Position numbers and translations under genes: made by a program. The notes under the pieces were generated by a model. That model saw only the letters and a program-made list of their open reading frames with translations, was not told the DNA's origin and searched no databases. A stretch of DNA of 27,625 nucleotides from Gaiellaceae bacterium (GTDB lineage Bacteria > Actinomycetota > Thermoleophilia > Gaiellales > Gaiellaceae), in NCBI GenBank assembly GCA_050698195.1, contig JBOHBD010000309.1:1-27625 (forward strand), in the 5' to 3' direction. Shown here piece after piece: positions 8,107 through 17,155 of the stretch (its first letter is position 1; each line of letters starts with the position of its first letter).

Positions 8107-9660
8107 TCAGCGGAGGGCCGCCCGAAAATCCACCGCGGCCGGGGCGTCCTCCGTCAGAGCGAACACTGAGTACCGGGCGGTTTGCGTCACGATCGGCAAG
8201 CCCTTGATGAACGCGCGCAAGCCTTGCTCTCGCTCGAGCTCCTCCGTCGCTGTGACTATGAGGAACTCGGGAGCCATGCCTTCGAGCCGCGTCCGGAAAT
8301 GCTCCAGAACGGCCGCCCTTGTCATAGGAACGTTCTGCTGCTCGTTCGGCCAGTACCAGTATTCGCCGGCCAGCCATCCGTGGTACGAGAGAGGAGTTCC
8401 GTATTCCCTGTCAATGAACACCGCTTGTGTCGTGTGCCGGGTAACGGTGCCGATGGCCTCGTATCCCTTCACCTCTGCCTCGTAGGTTTGACTCGTTAGG
8501 TGGGTGTGGGTCTTCCATGCCGCAGTCGCGACCGCGAGGAGCCCGGCCCCCACGAGGATGAGCCGCACGCGTCTACTGGAGACCTGCCGTTCGATTGTGC
8601 TACCGAGCGCTCCGAGTGAAAGGGCGACGATCGGAATCAGCGGGAGGGAGTAGTAGTCGTGCGTCGAGATGTGGAATGTGAAGACAAGCCCCAATAGGGC
8701 GTATCCACTCCAGAGGCCCAACAGCATCGCTCGTGCCTCGAGCCCGCGCGAGAACAGGACGCCGAGGAGCGCGGCACCGAGGACCGCGAGACCGATGGTT
8801 CCCGCCGACGATGGGTAGGCAAGCACGTTCGTCGCCATACGCGCCCAGCCCCGCCAGAAGGACTCCTCGCTCAAGAGCTCGGGCATGAACTTCGCGGCGG
8901 CCTGACCTCTCAGGAAATCGTCGGCGTAGGTGCCGTAGAGGTAGTAGATCGTCGACGGAGCAACTGTTCCCAGAGCAAAGAGCGTCGCTCGCGCGCTCAC
9001 GGCCGCACGAAGGCCGTCACGAGATACGGCGAGCGCGAGGAAGGCAAGACAGACGAACGGGAGCGAGATTCCGGGCTTCGTTAGCCCGCCTAGCCCACAG
9101 ACTCCGGTCGCGACGACCAGTCTCGAGCCGGTTGGTCGATCGTAGTACCGGAGGACCGCGAACAGTCCGGCCAGAAGAAGAGCGATCAGCAAAGGGTCGG
9201 GCTGAAAGCTTCGGCTGGCGACGATGCCGAACGGGAGGTAGAGGTACAGGACGAGCGAGATACCGGCTCCCATTCGCGTCATCGTGCGCCTCGCAATCAG
9301 ATAGAGAAAGAGACCTCCCGCAAGCCAGAACACGCTGGACAAGACGCGAGGAATCCAGAGGTGCTCTCCGCCGGCGAGGTGATAGAAGCCCGCCGTGATG
9401 AACTCCAAGATCGGAGGTTCGATGTAGTCGCTTCCCGTCTGCGTCGCGTCCACGACCCTCGCTTTCCAAGCGGGAAGAGCTGAGGAATCGTCGAGGAAGT
9501 AGACCCGCGCTAGCAGCGCCGAGTGGTACTGACGGACCGCCGCGAAGTCCAGCGGCGGAGTCGTGACTGCGTCGAGCCGGAGCAGCAGGGCTCCCAGAAA
9601 GGCGGCGGCGAAAAGCGTTCGAGCGCGGGGAAAGCTCAACGATCCGAGAGCAGATCGCAT
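8107..9660 (-). CDS. ArnT/PMT-like (GT-C) integral membrane glycosyltransferase
   Basis: About 10 or more hydrophobic segments, with IEPPILEF, SRSFQPDP, LTKP and HDYYSLP motifs. ATG 9660 chosen because the longer ORF would overlap the next gene. Confidence 0.82.
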   Translation of the reverse strand: MRSALGSLSFPRARTLFAAAFLGALLLRLDAVTTPPLDFAAVRQYHSALLARVYFLDDSSALPAWKARVVDATQTGSDYIEPPILEFITAGFYHLAGGEHLWIPRVLSSVFWLAGGLFLYLIARRTMTRMGAGISLVLYLYLPFGIVASRSFQPDPLLIALLLAGLFAVLRYYDRPTGSRLVVATGVCGLGGLTKPGISLPFVCLAFLALAVSRDGLRAAVSARATLFALGTVAPSTIYYLYGTYADDFLRGQAAAKFMPELLSEESFWRGWARMATNVLAYPSSAGTIGLAVLGAALLGVLFSRGLEARAMLLGLWSGYALLGLVFTFHISTHDYYSLPLIPIVALSLGALGSTIERQVSSRRVRLILVGAGLLAVATAAWKTHTHLTSQTYEAEVKGYEAIGTVTRHTTQAVFIDREYGTPLSYHGWLAGEYWYWPNEQQNVPMTRAAVLEHFRTRLEGMAPEFLIVTATEELEREQGLRAFIKGLPIVTQTARYSVFALTEDAPAAVDFRAALR

Positions 9661-9736
9661 CCTGCTCAGGCGGGTGACCGCTGGCCCGACGATCGCGTCA
9701 CGCCTCTGAGGAGGGTGACGAGATTCGTACGGCTCC

Positions 9737-10612
9737 CTACGGCCTGGGTCGTCTGAAGCCACGCGCAAGCCCGGCAGGAAGGCCGTAGAGAATCCCACGG
9801 CGAGGGTCCGACCACGACCGCCGACGATGGCGCAGAGCTGCGGCGAGGCTCCGTACGCCGGCCCGCAGCTCCGCTGCGGCGAGTCGTACCGCCCTGCGAT
9901 CGCCAAGCCGAGCGTACTTTGCATACAAGGCCCCGCGCTGCACGGCCGATACCCGCGCAAGCTGGCGAAGCTGGCGCTCGCTGCGCCAGTTCTGACGCCA
10001 GACGATCACCTCGGGCGCGTACTCGACCCCGAGCCCGCTCCGACCGAGTCGATAGCGAAGCTCGAGATCCTCCGCCATGGGCGAGCCCTCATCGAAGCCA
10101 CCGGCGTCCAGGACGCGATCGCGACTGCACGCCATGACCCACCCGTGCACCTCACCCCAGTTCGTCATGGGCGGAAACATGTTCGGCCTTGGAGCGTGCA
10201 TGTTCGTGGGCACACGCCGCGAGTCTTCGAGCGGTAGCACCTGGCCTGTCACGAGCACCGCCGGATTCGCCGCCACGCGGCTCCAACCGCTTGCCACCCA
10301 CGATGCGCTCGCGATGCAATCGTCGTTCGTCAGCAGGACGATGTCGTTGGCTGCGAGCCGCAGGGCCGCGTTCAAAGCGGCGCCCCGTGAGGCGTGCATT
10401 CCCGGCACGATCCGTACGGTGTCGTCGCCGAAGCGGCGCACTGCTTCCGCCGCGGCGTCCGTGCCGGTCGGGTCGGTAACGAGAATCTCCGCGGCGCGCG
10501 GGGCGCACGCCGTAAGCGACTCGAGACACGCCGTGAGAAGTCCGGTGCGCTCGCTGTCTGCCACGACGACGACCGTCGTGGGTAGGTTGTCGAAGACCGT
10601 ACTAACGCGCAT
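9737..10612 (-). CDS. Glycosyltransferase family 2 (divergent paralog of 17152..18021)
   Basis: LNAALRLAANDIVLLTNDDC and GGFDE...AEDLEL; shares the W-x-DPRRGI-x-x-GLP C-terminus with its paralog. GGAG lies upstream of ATG 10612. Confidence 0.8.
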   Translation of the reverse strand: MRVSTVFDNLPTTVVVVADSERTGLLTACLESLTACAPRAAEILVTDPTGTDAAAEAVRRFGDDTVRIVPGMHASRGAALNAALRLAANDIVLLTNDDCIASASWVASGWSRVAANPAVLVTGQVLPLEDSRRVPTNMHAPRPNMFPPMTNWGEVHGWVMACSRDRVLDAGGFDEGSPMAEDLELRYRLGRSGLGVEYAPEVIVWRQNWRSERQLRQLARVSAVQRGALYAKYARLGDRRAVRLAAAELRAGVRSLAAALRHRRRSWSDPRRGILYGLPAGLARGFRRPRP

Positions 10613-10647
10613 GGTTGCGCGCTCCGGTGAGCCGGAGCCCACCTTTC

Positions 10648-11580
10648 TCAGTCACGTACCCGAAGTGCGGCGAGGAGATCGGCGCGCGTCGCTTCGGCAT
10701 CCGCCAGCGCCCGGGAGGCGCACTCGGTCGCGGTCCGCCGGCCCTCCTCGCTCAAGCAGAAGTCGAGAGCTTCCTGGAGCGCGGCATCCGAAAGCGCGTC
10801 AGCGGTGAGGATGGCGGGCCAGCCGATCCGCTCGGCTTGGAGGCGGATCTTGGCGCCACCCGCCACGGAGTCCACGGCCAGGGCGGGCACGCCGTTCTTG
10901 AGTGCCAGGACCATGCCGTGCAGACGCGTTGTCACGACCGCGTCCATGCGGGCGATTGCCGACTCGACCTCGCTCGTCGTGCGGAGCGCCGTGGCGTTGA
11001 CGTCGAGGCGCGTATCGATGGGTACGACGGCCACTTCCCGAGCGTGCAACAGTCGGTGAATGGCGTCCCGAGCGACCCGCTGGAGGTCGCGTCCTGGGTG
11101 CTCTTCCGGTGCGTAGGGCTCGACGAGAACGAGACCGAGAACAGGGACGGCAGGAGCGCGGGAGGCAAACGTGACGTCGGGTCGCGTCAGCGCGGAGCTG
11201 TCGCGTTCGAGCAGGAGGTCGAACGGGTTCCAGCGGTCGAGAGGTTCCTGCATCGTCACGTTGATCGCGATCCGTGTCAACGACTCGAACCGCTTCAGAA
11301 GCTCGACGACCACCGTCCGCGACGGGCCCACCGGCCCGCAGACGAAGAGGAGGTGCGAGTAGCTTGTCGGTGCGACCGACTTCCAGTCGACCCCTCCTCG
11401 AAAGGGTGCGCCGAGGGCGACGTCGAAGGGAATCGCACCGTCTTCGAGCCATCCGCATACCACTTCGCACGCAAGGAGATCGCCCGCCGTCGCGTGGTGG
11501 TGCGGGAAGCTGAACCACCCCGTGACGAGAACGTTCATGGGCCGACGGCTCTCCAGGTCCGTGGTGAGCGGAGCGGTCAT
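10648..11580 (-). CDS. Polysaccharide pyruvyl transferase family protein
   Basis: VLVTGWFSF...ATAGDL, RPDVTF and DAVVTTRLHGMVLALKNGVPALAVD. TGATG overlap with the wzt stop. Confidence 0.85.
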   Translation of the reverse strand: MTAPLTTDLESRRPMNVLVTGWFSFPHHHATAGDLLACEVVCGWLEDGAIPFDVALGAPFRGGVDWKSVAPTSYSHLLFVCGPVGPSRTVVVELLKRFESLTRIAINVTMQEPLDRWNPFDLLLERDSSALTRPDVTFASRAPAVPVLGLVLVEPYAPEEHPGRDLQRVARDAIHRLLHAREVAVVPIDTRLDVNATALRTTSEVESAIARMDAVVTTRLHGMVLALKNGVPALAVDSVAGGAKIRLQAERIGWPAILTADALSDAALQEALDFCLSEEGRRTATECASRALADAEATRADLLAALRVRD

Positions 11581-12854
11581 CACTCGTCGCCCGGCGGATG
11601 TCGCCGAGGACGGTTTGCGGTCGTTCTCGACCCGCTCGCGAGCTTCCACTCGACGCCCGGCTGCACGATTCTCATCCGTCTGATGGACTCGTCGTAGTCG
11701 TCCGCCCGCGGAAGGATGCGGAATGGCAGCGTCTCCTGGTAGAGGAACTCCTCGGTCTCGGTACCGACCCACAGCCCGATCACATACTCGCCCGCAGCGA
11801 GCGAGGGCGGAATCGTGAGGAGGAGCTCGAATTCCTCCGGTGGGTCGGCACAGGAAATTCGCTGTCCCGTGTCCGACCACTTCTCGCAGAGCACCTGGAT
11901 TCCCTGTCGGTCACGGAAGTAGATCGCGACGTCGAGGCCGCGGACGGATCGAAGCGCGATGAGCCGCGCCCGGACCGAGAAAGGCTCATCACGTCGTGCG
12001 GCGTCGACCGGTGAGCCGGCGGAGTCGAGGAGGGTGACCTCCAGAAGCTCGACGTCGCGTCCGCCAGGAGCGAAGGTCACGCGGCCGTCGCGGCCCCCGT
12101 CGTCGAGTGAACCCAGGTATCGCTCCACGATCTGCTCGCTCGGCCCCTCGTCCCGAATTGTCCCCTGCTCGAGCCAGACAGATCGATGGCAGAGCCTGCT
12201 GATCGCACCGAGGTTGTGGCTGACGAACACGATCGTCCGACCGCCCTGCCGCAGATCTTCCATCTTTCCGAGACATCGCCGCTGGAAGTCGGCGTCGCCG
12301 ACGGCGAGGACTTCGTCGACCAGCAGGATCTCGGGCTCCACGTGTGCGGCCACCGCGAAGGCCAGGCGGAGATACATCCCCGACGAGTAGCGCTTGAGAG
12401 GCGTATCCAGGAAACCTTCGACTCCCGCGAAGGTCACGATCTCGTCGAGCCTCGACCGTATCTCGTGTCTCGTCAATCCGAGGATCGTCCCGTTGAGAAA
12501 GATGTTCTCGCGGCCGGTCAGCTCGGGGTGGAAACCCGTTCCCACTTCGAGGAGCGCTCCGACCCTCCCGCGTGTTCGCGAGACACCGCTTGTCGGCTCG
12601 GTGATGCGAGCCAGGATCTTCAGCAGTGTGCTCTTACCGGCCCCATTGCGCCCGATGACACCCAGGACCTCCCCCGTACCGACGACCAGCGAGATGTCGC
12701 GCAACGCCCAGATGCTCGTGGTCTCACGCTTCCGGCGCGCGCTGCCAGGCAGGCGTGACGCGAGCGCGTCGCGAAGGGTGGCGTACGCGGCACCCCGCTC
12801 ACCGAGCTCGAACCGCTTGCTGACCCCTTCGACCTCGATGGCGCTCTGGCCCAT
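11580..12854 (-). CDS. wzt: Polysaccharide ABC transporter ATP-binding subunit with C-terminal Wzt_C domain
   Basis: Walker A GRNGAGKST, GTGFHPELTGRENI, signature YSSGM, Walker B ILLVDE and VSH loop, plus a beta-rich C-terminal extension of about 170 aa. ATG 12854 overlaps the wzm stop. Confidence 0.93.
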   Translation of the reverse strand: MGQSAIEVEGVSKRFELGERGAAYATLRDALASRLPGSARRKRETTSIWALRDISLVVGTGEVLGVIGRNGAGKSTLLKILARITEPTSGVSRTRGRVGALLEVGTGFHPELTGRENIFLNGTILGLTRHEIRSRLDEIVTFAGVEGFLDTPLKRYSSGMYLRLAFAVAAHVEPEILLVDEVLAVGDADFQRRCLGKMEDLRQGGRTIVFVSHNLGAISRLCHRSVWLEQGTIRDEGPSEQIVERYLGSLDDGGRDGRVTFAPGGRDVELLEVTLLDSAGSPVDAARRDEPFSVRARLIALRSVRGLDVAIYFRDRQGIQVLCEKWSDTGQRISCADPPEEFELLLTIPPSLAAGEYVIGLWVGTETEEFLYQETLPFRILPRADDYDESIRRMRIVQPGVEWKLASGSRTTANRPRRHPPGDE

Positions 12855-13777
12855 CACACGATGTCCGCGAAACCTCGCTCGACGCGCCGGAAGTAGACGA
12901 CGCCTGCCGCGAGCACGATTGGGATCACGGCCAGCGAGACGAGGACGTCCGGCCCTGGAAAGGGTCCGCTCGCGAGGGACCAGCGGAACCCGTCGATGAC
13001 GCCCACGGTGGGATTCACTGCATACACGTACTCCCAGCCGTCGCTGACGATCGAGCTGGGGAACACGACAGGGCTCGCGAAGAACCAGACCTGCAGGGAG
13101 AAGGCGAGGGCATGACGGACGTCCCGATACTTGACGTTCAGGGCGGCGAGCCACGTGCCGACCGCCAGGGCAAGCACGACCGCGGCAGCCACCCAGGCCG
13201 GAAGAACGAGGATGGCGAGGGACGGGCTGGCGTCATACACGACGAGGAACACGGCAGCGACGGCGATGGCGACAGCGAGATCGACGAGTGCTGGGACGAC
13301 GGCTGCCATCGGGGCGAGCAGGCGCGGAAAGTAGACCTTCGTCAGCAGCGCACGCTGTTCCACGAGGCTCGCGGCCGCAGCGGAGACGCCGCCGGAGATG
13401 TACAACCATGCGATGAGGCCGGTGTAGACGAACAGGGGGTAGGGGTAACCAGCGCCGGTGAGTCCGGCGAGACGGCCGAGGAAGATCGTGAAGATCGCGA
13501 CGCCGAGGAGCGGCTGCACGACGACCCAGAGCACGCCCAGGAATGTCTGCTTGTATCGAACCTTGAGATCCTTGAGGGCAAGGATGAGCGCGAGGTCGCG
13601 ATACGACCAGAGCTCTCCGAAGTCGACGCTGGGAAGCCACGTTCTCGACGGCCGGTTCTCCGTCCATGTCGTCGCGGACTCCGGCGCGGGCAAAGGCACC
13701 GGTCGCTGCACCTCGTGCTGCTCGACGGCGCGCATCACGAGCCTTCCGAATCGGGTCGGGTGCGCAGGCACTCGCAT
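12854..13777 (-). CDS. wzm: Polysaccharide ABC transporter permease
   Basis: ELWSYRDL, DLKVRYKQTFLGVLWVVVQPL, KVYFPR, YRDVRH and YFRRVERGFADIV. The start may be ATG 13735. Confidence 0.93.
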   Translation of the reverse strand: MRVPAHPTRFGRLVMRAVEQHEVQRPVPLPAPESATTWTENRPSRTWLPSVDFGELWSYRDLALILALKDLKVRYKQTFLGVLWVVVQPLLGVAIFTIFLGRLAGLTGAGYPYPLFVYTGLIAWLYISGGVSAAAASLVEQRALLTKVYFPRLLAPMAAVVPALVDLAVAIAVAAVFLVVYDASPSLAILVLPAWVAAAVVLALAVGTWLAALNVKYRDVRHALAFSLQVWFFASPVVFPSSIVSDGWEYVYAVNPTVGVIDGFRWSLASGPFPGPDVLVSLAVIPIVLAAGVVYFRRVERGFADIV

Positions 13778-13946
13778 GGCGTCGATGGGAGCCGGATCAT
13801 GTGACAGTTTCCAGGCTCACAGTAGTTGCAGAACGACACGACAACCGTCTATGCAGACCGTGGAACCGCTGCGCAGAACACCATCCATGGACAGACGTCA
13901 TGCCTGAGCTCGGCACTCGTTCTGTTGCTCCGCCCGGATCACGGGG

Positions 13947-15197
13947 ATGCTCGATAGTGCGCACGCGTGCCCCCTTTCTCCGGCCGCCCGTCATCGATCC
14001 GCGGCACGTGAGCGAGCGCTGAAGATCCTCTTCGTCTCGATGGAGTACCCACCGGAGACCGGTGGCGGTGGGATCGGTTCCTACGTCCTCGTACAAGCTG
14101 CTGCCCTGGTTGCGCGCGGTCACGAGGTCCACGTGCTTTCGTGCGTGCCGGGTCAGGAAAGCCGAGACTACGTCGACGGCGGCGTGCACGTTCACCGGCG
14201 TGGCCAGCGGTACCTGCGAGGGGCATCGCGTATCGCTCGCGAGAGCGCATGGCGCTTGCACGGCGCGCTTGCGTCCTTTCTCGCCTACCGACGCCTGGAC
14301 GAACGCTTCGACGTGATCGAGGCACCTGACTGGGCGGCGGAGGGTTTCTTCTTCGCACTCTTCCGCCCCGCGCCCCTCGTCGCGCATCTGCACTCGCCGC
14401 TCGTGTTCATCTATCGGGGCAGCGGCCGAAAGATGGGCTGGGACGACAGATTCGCCAGCCTGCTCGAGCGGGTGGCGGTACGTCGAGCGGACGTCGTGAC
14501 AGCTCCGTCCGGATTCATCGTCGACGAGCTGCGCGGAGAGGGCTGGCTGCCTCGGCGTGACGTCCAGGTGATCCCGCACCCGATCGATCTTGCCCGCTGG
14601 GCGATCGATTCGACCGAGACTCCGCCACGAATCCTCACCGTGGGGCGCGTGGAGCCCCGGAAGTCCCCCGAGATCCTCGTCGAAGGAGCCGCGAGACTCC
14701 TGCAGCAGGTTCCGGGGTTGGAGATCGTGTTCCTCGGTCGCTCCAACTATCGTCGAGACGGTATGCCCTATCGCGATTGGGTCGCGGCGATGGCTCGGGC
14801 CAGCGGCGTTCAGAGCACCTTCGTCGACTCGGTGCCGAGGGACGAGCTCGCAGCCTGGTATGGCCGCGCACGAGTCGTCGTGCTGCCCAGTGCGCACGAC
14901 AATCTGCCCATGGCCGGACTCGAGGCCATGGCCGCCGGCCGCCCGCTCGTCTGCAGTTCGCGCACCGGTCTCGCCGAGCTCGTCGAGAACTCACGAGCAG
15001 GCCGCACGTTCACGGCCGGAAGCGTCGACGAGCTGACCGATGCGCTCCGTCCCTTTCTCGTGGATCCGCAGCTCGCCGAGGAGGCCGGCCGGTGGGCGCG
15101 CGAGCTCGTGGAACGCCGGTGCTCGCCGGAGCGTGTGACCGAAGAACGGGAGCGGTGCTACGACCATGCGATTCGGCTCTTTCGCAAGCGTGGCTGA
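13947..15197 (+). CDS. Glycosyltransferase family 4
   Basis: ILFVSMEYPPETGGGGIG, GHEVHV, VGRVEPRK and PSAHDNLPMAGLEAMAAGRP. Start uncertain. Confidence 0.92.
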   Translation: MLDSAHACPLSPAARHRSAARERALKILFVSMEYPPETGGGGIGSYVLVQAAALVARGHEVHVLSCVPGQESRDYVDGGVHVHRRGQRYLRGASRIARESAWRLHGALASFLAYRRLDERFDVIEAPDWAAEGFFFALFRPAPLVAHLHSPLVFIYRGSGRKMGWDDRFASLLERVAVRRADVVTAPSGFIVDELRGEGWLPRRDVQVIPHPIDLARWAIDSTETPPRILTVGRVEPRKSPEILVEGAARLLQQVPGLEIVFLGRSNYRRDGMPYRDWVAAMARASGVQSTFVDSVPRDELAAWYGRARVVVLPSAHDNLPMAGLEAMAAGRPLVCSSRTGLAELVENSRAGRTFTAGSVDELTDALRPFLVDPQLAEEAGRWARELVERRCSPERVTEERERCYDHAIRLFRKRG

Positions 15198-16152
15198 GTT
15201 CGCAGCGAGCCCCCACCGCTCCTCGGCGCCGATCCTGGTCACCGGGATACCGCGCTCGGGTACGACCTGGGTCGGGAGGATGCTCCACGCGAGTGGCGAG
15301 ACGGCATACGTCGCGGAACCCCTGAACATCTGGCGCTCCCCACGCCCCCTGAGGTCGCAGACGCGCGGCTGGCCGGGATACCCGTACGTCACGGCCGAGA
15401 GCGAGGACATGTACCTAGCCGTGCTCGCAGACATCGTCGGGCTGAGGATGAACGTCCTTCGCGAGCTGCGGGCCGCGCGGAGCCGCGAGGATCTCTCGGG
15501 TGTCGTGTCGACATGGGCGGCGTTCTTGATTGGGCGTGCGCGGCGTCGGCGGCCCCTGGTCAAAGAACCCCACGCTCTCTTTCTTGCACCGTGGTTGGTC
15601 GAGCGGCTCGGCGGCCACGCCGTGATCACGGTTCGTCATCCGGCGGCGGTGGTCAGCAGCTGGAAGCGGATCGGCTGGCCCGTCGACTTCGGGCAGCTCC
15701 TGAACCAGCCCCTTTTGGTTCGCGACTGGCTCGGGTCGTACAAGACGGACATGACCGCGCTGCAGTCTTCGGACGACCTCATCGCGCAGGTGTCGCTGCT
15801 CTGGACGATGATGTACGACTACGTAGCCAGGGCCCGAGGCGCGTCTGACGCGCTGCACGTGGTCCGGCACGAAGATCTGTCACTGAGCCCCGTCGCGACG
15901 TTTCGAGAGCTCTATGCGGCGCTCGGCCTCGGGTTCACGAGCCGTGTCGAGAAGGTCGTGCGGCGAACGAGCTCACCGCGGAATCCCAAGGAGCTCGCGA
16001 TCGACGAGCCGTATGCGGTGCGGCTCGACAGCCGGGCGAATCTCGAGAACTGGAAGCAACGCCTCACTCCGGACGAGGTCCGGCGAATCCGAGACATCAC
16101 CGCTCACGTTGCGAGGCACTACTACTCGGAGGAGTCGTGGGGCCAGAGCTAG
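15190..16152 (+). CDS. Sulfotransferase family protein
   Basis: 5'-PSB loop ILVTGIPRSGTTW, EP, VRHP-x5-S 3'-PB motif, VRHEDL and WK terminal motif. GTG 15190 overlaps the GT4 end; an alternative ATG lies at 15166. Confidence 0.88.
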   Translation: MAEFAASPHRSSAPILVTGIPRSGTTWVGRMLHASGETAYVAEPLNIWRSPRPLRSQTRGWPGYPYVTAESEDMYLAVLADIVGLRMNVLRELRAARSREDLSGVVSTWAAFLIGRARRRRPLVKEPHALFLAPWLVERLGGHAVITVRHPAAVVSSWKRIGWPVDFGQLLNQPLLVRDWLGSYKTDMTALQSSDDLIAQVSLLWTMMYDYVARARGASDALHVVRHEDLSLSPVATFRELYAALGLGFTSRVEKVVRRTSSPRNPKELAIDEPYAVRLDSRANLENWKQRLTPDEVRRIRDITAHVARHYYSEESWGQS

Positions 16153-17155
16153 ACCTCCGGGACTCGGACGAGCGGTAGAGATCGAGCCAGGCAGGAGCTG
16201 GCGGAGCGGGTGGTCTCGGCTCGCCGAAGTGGGCTGTGCCGCGAAGAGTGAGCAGGAGCCGCCGAGCAACGCGCATTCCGCGGTCGCCGAGAAGCGCTCC
16301 GACGGCTGGTGGAAGATTGCCCGGGCTGCGAAAGCGGACGGCTGCACGGAAGTACAGCGCCGCCGCGGAGCGGCGCTTGCCCGCTTTGTAGTGCTCCGAG
16401 GCCAGCCACTCGCTCGTGGCGAGCTTCCGCTCATCCCCGACCTGGACGTACTTCCGGAGGAGCCGGGCGACGTCCTCGACGACGTCGGGGCGCTCGCGGA
16501 AGAGCGCGCCTTGTCCATGCTCGAAGCGCGCGACGTGAAGCTCCTGGCACGCGGCGACGTGGCCCAGTCGCGTCAGGCGGATCCAGAGGTCCCAGTCCTC
16601 GACGAATACCAGCGTCTCGTCGAAGTGACCGGCGCGTTCGATGAGCTCGGCTTTCGCTATGGCATTCGATCCTCCGCCCGGTACGAAGTTGCCGTGCAGG
16701 AGGAGAGATGCGAGTCGACCCGGGTCGGGAAGGCTCTGCGCCTCCAGGACGTTCATCTTCTCGTCGATCGCGATCGCGCCCGAATAGACGAACGACGCCG
16801 ACTCTCGCTTTCCCACGTCGATTTGAGCACGGAGCTTCGCGGGTGACCAGAGGTCGTCGTCGTCAAGAAATGCGATCCACTCCCCCCGGGCCGCCTCGAT
16901 GCCTCGGTTACGCGCCTGCGCGGTGTTTCGGGATCGCGCGGGACGGTTGGCCGGATCGATTCGGATGACGCGAACGCGGGCGTCATCGAGCGCCGCCAGC
17001 CGGACCGGCGTCTCGTCGGTCGAGCCGTCATCGACGACGATCACCTCGAGCTCGACGCCCCGCTGGCCGAGCGCGCTCGGAAGCCCGTGTCTCGAGAGCA
17101 ACTGCCAGCGGTTGCGAGTGGGGATGACGACGGAGACCTCCGGAGAGCCGCTCAT
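16097..17155 (-). CDS. Glycosyltransferase family 2 (paralog of 4094..5074)
   Basis: VSVVIPTRNRWQLL, VIVVDDGSTD, ARNRGI, FLDDDDLW and EDWDLW. ATGA overlap with the upstream stop. Confidence 0.92.
   Translation of the reverse strand: MSGSPEVSVVIPTRNRWQLLSRHGLPSALGQRGVELEVIVVDDGSTDETPVRLAALDDARVRVIRIDPANRPARSRNTAQARNRGIEAARGEWIAFLDDDDLWSPAKLRAQIDVGKRESASFVYSGAIAIDEKMNVLEAQSLPDPGRLASLLLHGNFVPGGGSNAIAKAELIERAGHFDETLVFVEDWDLWIRLTRLGHVAACQELHVARFEHGQGALFRERPDVVEDVARLLRKYVQVGDERKLATSEWLASEHYKAGKRRSAAALYFRAAVRFRSPGNLPPAVGALLGDRGMRVARRLLLTLRGTAHFGEPRPPAPPAPAWLDLYRSSESRRSSSGPTTPPSSSASQRER

Noticed and set aside
10167..10178. ATGGGCGGAAAC resembling the GNAT-flanking repeat
   Set aside because: Inside a coding sequence with no extended match; expected by chance at this GC content.
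13800..13821. TGTGA...TCACA in the wzm/GT4 divergent region as a CRP site
   Set aside because: The spacer is 12 nt, not the 6 nt CRP requires; another dimeric regulator cannot be excluded but is unsupported.
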